A stretch of DNA of 64,000 nt. Origin: a bacterium (GTDB lineage Bacteria > Gemmatimonadota > Gemmatimonadetes > Gemmatimonadales > JACORV01). The DNA is taken from positions 3,274 to 67,273 of the forward strand of contig JAJYLI010000001.1 of the NCBI GenBank assembly GCA_021787855.1, in the 5' to 3' direction. How positions within the stretch are numbered: position 1 is the first letter of the stretch; each line of letters starts with the position of its first letter. Both the position numbers and the translations under genes were made by a program. A model generated the notes under the pieces. That model was not told where the DNA came from and did not search any database. It saw only the letters and a list, made by a program, of their open reading frames with translations. Positions 1 to 7,651 of the stretch are shown here, in pieces.

Positions 1-1894
1 TGATGGCCGAGATGGTGACCTCGCCGCTCGTGCGGGAAACCCCGGGACCGGCGTTGATGCACGCGCCGCAGGAGGGCTCGATGAAGGTCGCGCCCACCTC
101 GGCGAACAGCCGGTCGTAGCCCTGCGCCTGGCAGTAGCGGAATACGTCCTGCGAACCGCACTGGATGTAGCAGCGCACTCCGGGCGCGACGCGGCGGCCG
201 TCGCGGGCCGCCTCCCGGAACACGCTGGCGTACATGTCCATGTCCTCCCGCTTTCCCGCCGTGCACGACCCGGCGTAGGCGGTGTCAATCTTCACGCGGG
301 CACCGAGCTCGGCGACCTCCATCCCGTTGCCCGGATCGCCGGGAAGAGCCACCATCGGGCGGAGGGTGTCCGCGTCAATGACGATCTCCTTCACGTACTC
401 CGCGTCGCGGTCCGATGCCAGCCCCTCGCACCACCGCACGGCCGCTTCGCGCGGCAGGCCGCGCTGCTCCACCAGGAAGTCCACCGTCCGCGCATCGGGC
501 GCGATGATCCCCGTGAACGCCCCGACCTCGGCCGCCATGTTGGTCATGGTGGCGCGCTCGTCCACGCCGAGCGACTCCACCACCTCGCCGCAGTACTCCA
601 CCACCTGGCCGATGGCGTCCCCGTTGCGCACGTAGGGGTGCCGCAGCAGCTGCAGCATGATGTCCTTGGCCGTCACGTGGCGCGGCCGCCGGCCGCGCAC
701 CACCACGCGGAAGGTCGGCGGGACCCGCACCCGGACGTCGCGGGTGAGCCAGCTGTTGAAGATCGCCGTCGTCCCGACGCCGAAGGCCACGGCCCCCACG
801 GCCCCCGCGTGCGGCGTGTGGGAGTCGCTCCCGATGATCACCTGCCCGGGCAGCGCGTGGGCCTCCAGGATCTTGGAGTGGCAGATGGCCTCCGAACCCA
901 GGCGGCCGAGCCCCAGCTCGCCGTACAGCTTGACGCCCTTGGCAGCCGCGAATTCCCGCTGCTTGACCTCGAGCTGGTTGGCGACGTCCAGCAGGCCCTC
1001 CTTGATGCGCTCCGGGGTCATGGCGTCGCGCAGGAAGGTCAGGTGGTCGCGGAAGAAGAAGATGGAGCCGGGGTCGTTGAGGGGCTCGTCGCGGCCGAGA
1101 TACTGCTCGAAGAAGATGGCCGACATCGGGGTGACGTACTCGTGACTGAAGCGGATGTCGGTCGCGATGAACCCCTCGTCGCCGGGCGCGACGGTGGGCA
1201 CCCCGCGACGGCCGGTGCTCGCGTCCGTCACCCAGTGGCGGGCGAAGATCTTCTCGGCGATGGTCATGGGTCGCGGCGGCGTGGTCACGACCGGCACGCG
1301 CACCGCGCCCTGCAGCCGCGCCACGTTGTAGTTGAACAGCCCGCCGAAGCTGATGATGTCCCGCGTGATCTGGCCCTCGCCCTCCATGAACACGGCGAGC
1401 GGGATCGGCTCCCCCCGCTTCACCCGCGCGAGGACCGAGAAGTCGGTGGTCGTCAACAGGCCCAGGTTCTGGCAGTTCTCCCGGTAGATGCGCTCGATGC
1501 TCTCGCCGACCACCAGGCGGATCCCCGCCTGCATCTCCGCGTACGGCGACTGCTCGCGCGACGAACCCTTGCCGCGGCGCTTGCCGGCGACGGACGCCAC
1601 GAATCCCCCCGCCTTCACCGAGCCGCGCGCGACGGGGAACCGGTCGCCCGCCTTCAGGCCCAGGTAGGGGAACTCGCCCAGGGTCTCGTCGAAGTAGTAG
1701 CAGATGTAGGCCGGCGTGATCTCGTCCGTGGAGATGTTGTCCCGCAGCCTCATGGCCGGATCCCACGCCAGCTCCTCGCCCCGGAGCTGCCGCTCCAGGA
1801 GCTCGGGGTCCTCGGTCAGGTACAGCACCCGTCCCGCCAGGCGCACCTGGTCCGGCAGCCGGCTGACCCGCCGCTTGAGCACGGATGAGGGCAT
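1..1894 (-). CDS. Aconitase/3-isopropylmalate-dehydratase family protein with the LeuD-like swivel domain N-terminal to the LeuC-like catalytic domains; C-terminus cut by the window edge
   Basis: Own translation of the minus strand from the ATG at 1894. It is absent from the ORF track because it runs off the window. Sequence begins MPSSVLKRRVSRLPDQV. Motifs: swivel GKGSSREQSP, catalytic GSDSHTPHAG, cluster-ligand contexts AGSCTAGK and PSCGACINAGPG. GC3 bias is strong. Listed ORFs 375..1958(-) and 638..1888(+) are shadow frames. Confidence 0.85.
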   Translation of the reverse strand, partial: MPSSVLKRRVSRLPDQVRLAGRVLYLTEDPELLERQLRGEELAWDPAMRLRDNISTDEITPAYICYYFDETLGEFPYLGLKAGDRFPVARGSVKAGGFVASVAGKRRGKGSSREQSPYAEMQAGIRLVVGESIERIYRENCQNLGLLTTTDFSVLARVKRGEPIPLAVFMEGEGQITRDIISFGGLFNYNVARLQGAVRVPVVTTPPRPMTIAEKIFARHWVTDASTGRRGVPTVAPGDEGFIATDIRFSHEYVTPMSAIFFEQYLGRDEPLNDPGSIFFFRDHLTFLRDAMTPERIKEGLLDVANQLEVKQREFAAAKGVKLYGELGLGRLGSEAICHSKILEAHALPGQVIIGSDSHTPHAGAVGAVAFGVGTTAIFNSWLTRDVRVRVPPTFRVVVRGRRPRHVTAKDIMLQLLRHPYVRNGDAIGQVVEYCGEVVESLGVDERATMTNMAAEVGAFTGIIAPDARTVDFLVEQRGLPREAAVRWCEGLASDRDAEYVKEIVIDADTLRPMVALPGDPGNGMEVAELGARVKIDTAYAGSCTAGKREDMDMYASVFREAARDGRRVAPGVRCYIQCGSQDVFRYCQAQGYDRLFAEVGATFIEPSCGACINAGPGVSRTSGEVTISAI

Positions 1895-2029
1895 GGGCGT
1901 AAGATCGGCGGCGGGGCGGGGACAGGCAAGGATTGGCGCCACGCGGGGAGCCGCTCACAGGGCCGCAAAGCCGCGCCCGGGCGTCCCGCGGCGGCGGCCC
2001 CTGGCAAGCCGCGCGCGCGCCGGGTAAGT

Positions 2030-3178
2030 TTGGCGCCCGAGCGCCACGTGCCCCGTTCCGTTTTCCGGGAGGCGAGCCTGACCTTCCCCACGTCGCACCG
2101 CGTCCCCGTCTCCTGGCTGCTCCAGTACGGCTGCGCCGCGATCAAGTACCGGACGCTGACGGAGATCGTCGGCACCGCCGACCCCGGCCAGCTGGCCGCC
2201 CTGCGCTCCGAACTGGAGGCGTACCCCCCGGCCCGGCAGATCGCCAAGAAGCAGAAGGACTCCGGCGTTTGGGGCGGCAACCTGCTGGGGGTCGCCCCGA
2301 ACAAGAGCACCGGGATCCGCGATGTCGGGACACTGCAGCAGTACCGGCGGCTGGTGGAGCTGGGCTGGACGCCGGAGAGCCGGCCGCTGAAGCTCGGGAC
2401 CCGTCTGCTGTTCCGCCTCCTGTCGCGCGACGAAGACCCGGAACTGCTGTTCGAGTACCAGAAGTACGGCGTCTCCGAACCGGGGACGGAGCCTTGGGTC
2501 CGGGAGATCGTGCGCGAAGCCTCGGCCACCGCCCTCGCCCACGCCGGGTTCGGCGAGGATCCGCGTGTCCGCGGCGCCGCGCACCGGATCGCGAACTCCG
2601 TCTCCCAGTTCCTGCGCAGCGACCTGGTGGAGCAACCGCTGGTCAAGGCGGCCGGATCCTGGGTTCTGCACCCGCAGGCCTATCCGCCGACCTTCTTTTC
2701 CGTGGCGCTGCTGGCTTTGCTGCCCGCCGTGCAGCGCGAACGAGCCGGCCTCGTGGAGCGGCTCGGCACCTACCTGGCCCGGCCTCCACTCAAGAAGACT
2801 TTCGGCGTGCTGTGCGGCAAGAAGGTTCTCAAGCCGAGCTTCGTGCTGCTGGGCGATCCGCTCAAGGTTTCCCCCTCCGGCCAGACCGACGATCTCCCGC
2901 TGGCCCTGTACTGGATGGAACTGCTCGCCCGACTCGGGGTGCTCCACCTATCCCCCGGGGCCGCGCGTCTCTGGGTGCGGCTGCAGAAGGACAGTGACGA
3001 GCGCGGCGTGTGGAGCCCCAAGAACCTTCGCGTGATCCCGCGCGGGCCCTCGCCCTGGTCGTATCACGCTTTCCCGCTCCAGGCGGACGGCAAGACCCTC
3101 GAGAACCGCCAGGTTGACGTCACGTTCCGCATGGCCCACATCGCCCGTCTGGCCGGCTGGGAGATCACGACCAACTAG
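2030..3178 (+). CDS. Conserved hypothetical protein (about 380 aa); the repeated D-x-G-V-W motifs faintly resemble alpha/alpha-toroid repeat proteins
   Basis: The ORF-track protein has a normal amino-acid composition (KDSGVWGGN, DERGVWSPK, YWMELLARLG). I recognise no catalytic motif. The start is uncertain: TTG at 2030 or GTG at about 2048. Confidence 0.6.
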   Translation: MAPERHVPRSVFREASLTFPTSHRVPVSWLLQYGCAAIKYRTLTEIVGTADPGQLAALRSELEAYPPARQIAKKQKDSGVWGGNLLGVAPNKSTGIRDVGTLQQYRRLVELGWTPESRPLKLGTRLLFRLLSRDEDPELLFEYQKYGVSEPGTEPWVREIVREASATALAHAGFGEDPRVRGAAHRIANSVSQFLRSDLVEQPLVKAAGSWVLHPQAYPPTFFSVALLALLPAVQRERAGLVERLGTYLARPPLKKTFGVLCGKKVLKPSFVLLGDPLKVSPSGQTDDLPLALYWMELLARLGVLHLSPGAARLWVRLQKDSDERGVWSPKNLRVIPRGPSPWSYHAFPLQADGKTLENRQVDVTFRMAHIARLAGWEITTN

Positions 3179-3222
3179 CCTGCCGGGCTGGCTGGCGAAC
3201 GCGTTGGCTTGACGGAGATGGT

Positions 3223-3244
3223 GGTAGTAGCTATCGCTACTACC
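3223..3244. promoter_or_regulatory. Perfect 9-bp inverted repeat GGTAGTAGC-N4-GCTACTACC directly abutting the ATG (3245) of the TrmB-family gene; candidate operator or RBS-region hairpin
   Basis: Read directly from the sequence. All 9 arm positions pair, and the element sits in a locally AT-richer patch. Confidence 0.45.
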
Positions 3245-3964
3245 ATGAGCCTCGAGCGGTTCGGGTTCACAGCCACCCAAAGCAAGGTGTATCTGGCACT
3301 GCTCGAGATGTCTCCCGCGAGCGGCTATGCGCTCGCCAGGGGCACCGGCCTGGCACGAGCCAATGTGTACGGGGCGCTCGAGGTGCTGGCCACTCGGGGT
3401 GCCGTGGCCCGATTGCCGGGCCGCCCAGCGCGCTTCGCCGCCACCGAGCCCGGCGCGCTCCTGAGCCGCCTGGAGCGGGAAGCCAAGAGCGACCTGCGCC
3501 TGCTGGGCCGGCAACTGGCCGCTGTCGCTCGCGCCGGCGTCGTCGCCGTGACGCCGGCGGTGGAAGCGCTCGGGAGCACGGCCTCCGTCCTGGAGCGCGT
3601 GGCATCGTGCGCGACCGGCGCCGAGTCGGAGCTGGTGGCCGTGGTGGGGCCGTGGGTTTCGGATATCTACGCGGATCTCGCCACCACCGAGGGACGCCGC
3701 TGGGCGCGGGTCCTGTCGCTCGGCGTGCCGGCTCCCGCCGGCGCGCTGGTGCGCCCTGTTTCGGAGGGCGACCTTCGGGCGTATTGGGGAGGCTTCCCCG
3801 TCGCCGCAGTCGCGGACCGGCGCCGCGCCGTTTGCGCGGTGCTCGAGGGAGGCGGTGGAGCAGGGGCGGGGAGAGCGGCCAGCGGCATCGCGACGGAGCA
3901 CCCCGTCCTGGTGCGCTTTCTGCGCCACCTGCTGAGGCGCGAGCTCGCCGCACCAGCCCGCTAG
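3245..3964 (+). CDS. TrmB-family HTH transcriptional regulator
   Basis: The N-terminus MSLERFGFTATQSKVYLALLEMSPASGYALARGTGLARANVYGALEVLATRG matches the TrmB winged-helix pattern. The ORF track starts at TTG 3209; ATG 3245 fits the family N-terminus better. Confidence 0.75.
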   Translation: MSLERFGFTATQSKVYLALLEMSPASGYALARGTGLARANVYGALEVLATRGAVARLPGRPARFAATEPGALLSRLEREAKSDLRLLGRQLAAVARAGVVAVTPAVEALGSTASVLERVASCATGAESELVAVVGPWVSDIYADLATTEGRRWARVLSLGVPAPAGALVRPVSEGDLRAYWGGFPVAAVADRRRAVCAVLEGGGGAGAGRAASGIATEHPVLVRFLRHLLRRELAAPAR

Positions 3965-4003
3965 CCGGTATCTTCCAAGACGTCGCAAGCCTGGAGCGCC
4001 GAC

Positions 4004-4381
4004 GTGCCGTCCGATGCTGACGGGGTTCTGGCCGAGCAACTGCGCGCGCTGCGTCGCGAGTATCTCGCGGCGTCCGCCGCCCGCATTGAAGAGCTGAAGC
4101 GGTTGCGCACCGAACTCGCCCTCGGCTCGGGTGTCGGGGCGCCGGGGCTGGAGCCGCTCAACAGCCTGCGCCAGGCGTTCCACCGCCTGGCCGGTTCCGG
4201 TGGCTCGTACGGCTTCCCGCAGATCAGCGTGCGCAGCCGGGAAGGGGAGACGCTCGTCCAGAACCTGGCCGCGGCCGCGGCTCCTCTCTCCTCGGCCGAC
4301 CTGCGCTCCATTGACGGCGCCATAGAGAGCATCGCGGCGGCGTTCTCTCTGGCTGCCCAACAGGCGAGTCCGCAGCGCTGA
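4004..4381 (+). CDS. Stand-alone Hpt (histidine phosphotransfer) domain protein
   Basis: Contains the Hpt signature around the phospho-His: LRQAFHRLAGSGGSYGFPQIS. Size is 125 aa and the sequence looks helical throughout. Confidence 0.7.
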   Translation: MPSDADGVLAEQLRALRREYLAASAARIEELKRLRTELALGSGVGAPGLEPLNSLRQAFHRLAGSGGSYGFPQISVRSREGETLVQNLAAAAAPLSSADLRSIDGAIESIAAAFSLAAQQASPQR

Positions 4382-4407
4382 CCGCTGCCGGCTTGCCCCG
4401 GCACGTG

Positions 4408-4983
4408 ATGACGTTAAAATTGGTGCTCAACCATTCGGTTGAGAGCGCCGTGAACAGCCCAAGCCGACAGCCATCCAGACGGGAGCGGATCCTCGCGGCG
4501 GCGGAACTGGAATTCGCGGGCGGGTTCGATGGAGCACGGGTGGACCGCATCGCCGCCAGGGCTGGCGTCAATAAGCAGTTGGTTTTTCACTACTTCGGCT
4601 CAAAGGCTGGGCTCTACCAGGCAGTCGCCACTGACGTCTCGGAGAGGCTGGGCGCCGCGACGGCCTCCGGAGAGACGACCTCCAGACAACTCCGAAGCCT
4701 GGTGGCGGCGCTGGCCGCCGCTGCGGCGGACCAGCGCGGCTTGTTGACGCCGGCTTGGAGACAGCGCGCCCTCGAGAGCGCACATGAGGTCCTCAGATCC
4801 GGCCAGGCGCGAGGTTACATCCGCGATACCGTCGAGCCGAAGGTCATCGCGGAACTCGTTGTCTCCGCATCAGTTGGATGGCAAGCGTCGCCTGAAGCTG
4901 CGCCAGGAGCCGCGCAGGCCGCGAGAGAGAGCTACTGCGACCTGATCGTTCAGGTCATCGCGGACTACTGCGCCTGGCGCTAG
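4408..4983 (+). CDS. TetR/AcrR family transcriptional regulator
   Basis: HTH region RRERILAAAELEFAGGFDGARVDRIAARAGVNKQLVFHYFGSK. The start is ambiguous: TTG 4393, ATG 4408 or GTG 4450, all in frame. Confidence 0.85.
   Translation: MTLKLVLNHSVESAVNSPSRQPSRRERILAAAELEFAGGFDGARVDRIAARAGVNKQLVFHYFGSKAGLYQAVATDVSERLGAATASGETTSRQLRSLVAALAAAAADQRGLLTPAWRQRALESAHEVLRSGQARGYIRDTVEPKVIAELVVSASVGWQASPEAAPGAAQAARESYCDLIVQVIADYCAWR
4426..4443. promoter_or_regulatory. Perfect 7-bp inverted repeat CTCAACC-N4-GGTTGAG at the 5' end of the TetR gene; candidate TetR operator
   Basis: Read from the sequence. It lies upstream of the GTG 4450 start option, or within the first codons if ATG 4408 is used. An AT-richer patch (acgttaaaattgg) lies just upstream. 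Confidence 0.4.
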
Positions 4984-5006
4984 CGATCAACTGCCCGGTT
5001 GATCGC
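4983..5006. terminator. Hairpin between the convergent TetR and lon genes (GCGATCAAC-N6-GTTGATCGC; 9-bp perfect stem)
   Basis: The stem was verified base by base. It overlaps both stop codons. No U-tract is present, so its function as a terminator is uncertain. Confidence 0.4.
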
Positions 5007-7452
5007 CAGCGCGCTTACGCGAGGGCGACGAGCCTGCGGAGAGCAGTTCGTCCACCACGGTGGCCTCGCGGCTCCTCAGCGCCAGCGACAGCACCTCCTC
5101 CAGGGACTCCACGGGGTGGAAGACGAGGCTCTTGCGGACCTCTTCCGGCAGGTCGGCCAGCTCCGGCTCGTTCTCCTTGGGCAGCACGATCTCCGCGATC
5201 CCGGCTCGCGCGGCGCCGAGCACCTTCTCTTTGAGGCCGCCGATCGGCAGGACGCGGCCGCTCAGCGTGATCTCGCCCGTCATGGCCAGGTCGTGGCGTG
5301 CGCTCCGCTGGGTCATGGCGCTCACCAGGGCTGTGGCCATGGTGACTCCGGCCGAGGGGCCATCCTTGGGAATGGCGCCGGCGGGCACGTGGATGTGGAC
5401 CTCGCGCTCCTTGAGCATCGCCTCGCCGACGCCAAGCTCGGTGGCGTGGGTCTTGGCGTAGGTCAGCGCGGCCCGCGCTGACTCCTTCATGACGTCGCCG
5501 AGATGGCCGGTCAGAACGAGCTCGCCCTTGCCGGGCATCAGCGAGGCTTCGACGAACATGATGTCGCCGCCGGTGGGCGTGTAGTACATGCCGGTGGCGG
5601 TGCCCACGAGGTCGCTCACGGCCGCGCGTTCCGGCCTCACCTTGGCCCGCCCGAGGCGCTCGCGGATCTCCGTGCCGGTCACCACGATCGGCGCGCCGCC
5701 GTCGCTGGCGACCTGGCGCGCGATCTTCCGCGCCAGCCGGCCGAGCTCGCGCTCGAGCTGCCGGACCCCGGCTTCCCGGGTGTAGCCGGAGATGATCTCA
5801 CGGACCGCGGAGTCCTCGATCTGGAGCCGCTCGCTCGTCAACCCGTTCTCGCTCAGCTGCCGCGGCACCAGGTACTGGCGCGCGATGGCCAGCTTCTCCT
5901 GCTCCGTGTACCCGGTGAACTCCACCGTTTCCAGCCGGTCCAGCAGCGGCCCGGGGATGTTCTGCGGGAAGTTGGCGGTGGCGATGAACAGCACCTCGGA
6001 GAGGTCGAAGGGCACGCCGAGATAGTGGTCCGTGAAGGAGTCGTTCTGCGCGGGGTCCAGCACCTCGAGCAGCGCCGCCGCGGGGTCACCCTGGAAGGAG
6101 ACGCCGAGCTTGTCCACCTCGTCCAGCAGGAACACCGGGTTCTTCGTGCCCGCCTGCTTCATGCCCTGAATGATCCGGCCCGGCATCGCGCCCACGTAGG
6201 TGCGCCGGTGGCCCCGGATGTCGGCCTCGTCCCGCGCGCCGCCCAGGGAGATGCGCACGTACTTGCGGCCCATCGCCCGGGCGATGGACTTCGCGATGGA
6301 CGTCTTCCCGGTGCCCGGCGGGCCGACGAACAGCAGGATCGGCCCCTTGGCCAGGACCCGGTCGTCCGCCTGGCCCGGCGGCTCCGCGGCGGCCTTCGCC
6401 CGCTCGGCGCTCTCCTCCCGCGCGCGCAGCTGGCGCACCGCCAGGAACTCCAGCACCCGATCCTTGACGTCGCGCAACCCGTAGTGGTCCTCCTCCAGCA
6501 CCTGCTCCGCGTGCGCCAGATCCAGCGAATCGTCGGAGCGGCGGTTCCAAGGCAGCTCCGCGATCCACTCCAGATAGGTGCGGATCACCTGAGCTTCCAT
6601 CGAATCCTTGGCGGTCCGATCCAGCCGCCCCAGCTCGCGCTCGACCTCCTCCTTGGCCGCCTCCGGCAGCTCCAGCTTCTCCAGCTTCTCGCGCAGGGCC
6701 GCGGCGTCGCGATCGTCCTCGCTCTCCCCCAGCTCGCGCCGGATGGCCTTGAGCTGCTCCCGCAGGTACATCTCGCGCTGCCGTTCGCCCAGTTCCTCCT
6801 GCACCTGCGACTTGATGTCCTCCTGGGCGTTGATGACCCCGATCTGCCGCTGCACCAGGACCAGGATCCGGCGCAGCCGCTCCTCCACGGGCAGCATCTC
6901 CAGCAGGTGCTGGCGCTCCGGCGTCTTGGCGTCGAGATAGCCCGCCACCAGGTCCGCGAACCGTCCCGCGTCGGTGACCGACGCCAGCACCTGCTGCACC
7001 ATCTCCTCGGGCAGGCCGCTCTTCTGCCCCAGCTCCGCCGCGCGCTCGCGCCCCTCCTTGTACAGCGCGACGAACGCCGCGTCGTTCGCGTCCGCCGGCG
7101 GCTGGTCGCTCAGCTCCAGGACGGACGCCTCGAGGAAGCCGTCCTTCTCCACCACGTGCACCGCGCTCGCGCGGTACTCGCCCTGCAGCAGCAGCTGCAC
7201 GCCGGCCAGCCCGCGCTGCATCTGCCCGATGCGCGCCACGGTGCCGATCTGGTAGAGGTTCTCAGGCGTGACCTGCTCGGTGTTCTCCCGCTGCGCCACC
7301 GCGAAGATCTGCCGCTTCTCACCCTTCAGCGCGGCCTCGATGGCCCGCAGCGTCCCCGTGCGCCCCGCGCTGATGGGCGCGGTCACGCCGGGGAATAGCA
7401 CCATGTCCCGCAGCGGCAGCACGGGCAGACTCAGTCGCTCGCTCATCGTCAT
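4987..7452 (-). CDS. lon: ATP-dependent Lon protease (LonA type)
   Basis: Lon N-domain LPVLPLRDMVLFPGV, Walker A GPPGTGKTS, and protease domain with the catalytic-Ser context KDGPSAGVTMATAL. Start trimmed to MTMSERL (ATG 7452); the ORF-track extension to 7524 looks non-coding. Confidence 0.95.
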   Translation of the reverse strand: MTMSERLSLPVLPLRDMVLFPGVTAPISAGRTGTLRAIEAALKGEKRQIFAVAQRENTEQVTPENLYQIGTVARIGQMQRGLAGVQLLLQGEYRASAVHVVEKDGFLEASVLELSDQPPADANDAAFVALYKEGRERAAELGQKSGLPEEMVQQVLASVTDAGRFADLVAGYLDAKTPERQHLLEMLPVEERLRRILVLVQRQIGVINAQEDIKSQVQEELGERQREMYLREQLKAIRRELGESEDDRDAAALREKLEKLELPEAAKEEVERELGRLDRTAKDSMEAQVIRTYLEWIAELPWNRRSDDSLDLAHAEQVLEEDHYGLRDVKDRVLEFLAVRQLRAREESAERAKAAAEPPGQADDRVLAKGPILLFVGPPGTGKTSIAKSIARAMGRKYVRISLGGARDEADIRGHRRTYVGAMPGRIIQGMKQAGTKNPVFLLDEVDKLGVSFQGDPAAALLEVLDPAQNDSFTDHYLGVPFDLSEVLFIATANFPQNIPGPLLDRLETVEFTGYTEQEKLAIARQYLVPRQLSENGLTSERLQIEDSAVREIISGYTREAGVRQLERELGRLARKIARQVASDGGAPIVVTGTEIRERLGRAKVRPERAAVSDLVGTATGMYYTPTGGDIMFVEASLMPGKGELVLTGHLGDVMKESARAALTYAKTHATELGVGEAMLKEREVHIHVPAGAIPKDGPSAGVTMATALVSAMTQRSARHDLAMTGEITLSGRVLPIGGLKEKVLGAARAGIAEIVLPKENEPELADLPEEVRKSLVFHPVESLEEVLSLALRSREATVVDELLSAGSSPSRKRAGDQPGS

Positions 7453-7498
7453 CTCGGTTGCTGGTTCGGATTGTCCCTTGGCCCTTCGGATCCCCCAG

Positions 7499-7515
7499 TG
7501 GCACCGATCGTGCCA
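7499..7515. promoter_or_regulatory. Inverted repeat TGGCAC-N5-GTGCCA in the lon/kinase divergent region; also matches the sigma54 -24/-12 pattern (TGGCACG-N4-GTGC) when read toward lon
   Basis: Read from the sequence, 47 nt upstream of the lon ATG. GG and GC are spaced as in the consensus TGGCACG-N4-TTGC, with one mismatch. Confidence 0.3.
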
Positions 7516-7651
7516 TGGGACCACGGCCGTTTCGTGCCATTCTGGCAGCGGCGGCGCTGGGGCGTCGGCGGCCCGCGCGCTTTCGGCGGGCCCGGACCCG
7601 CGGCGACGGCCTCCATGCGGTGTTGCCCTGCCTGTGCGGCGGCGCTAATCT

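Noticed and set aside
2002-2017. A sigma54-like TGGCAAGCC-N-GC match upstream of the 382-aa gene.
   Set aside because: The -12 element is just part of a GCGCGCGC run. This is a chance match in GC-rich sequence with no supporting features.
7461-7477. A tRNA-like T-loop string, GGTTCGGATT, upstream of lon.
   Set aside because: No complementary T-stem, acceptor stem or anticodon arm can be drawn around it. It is not a tRNA.
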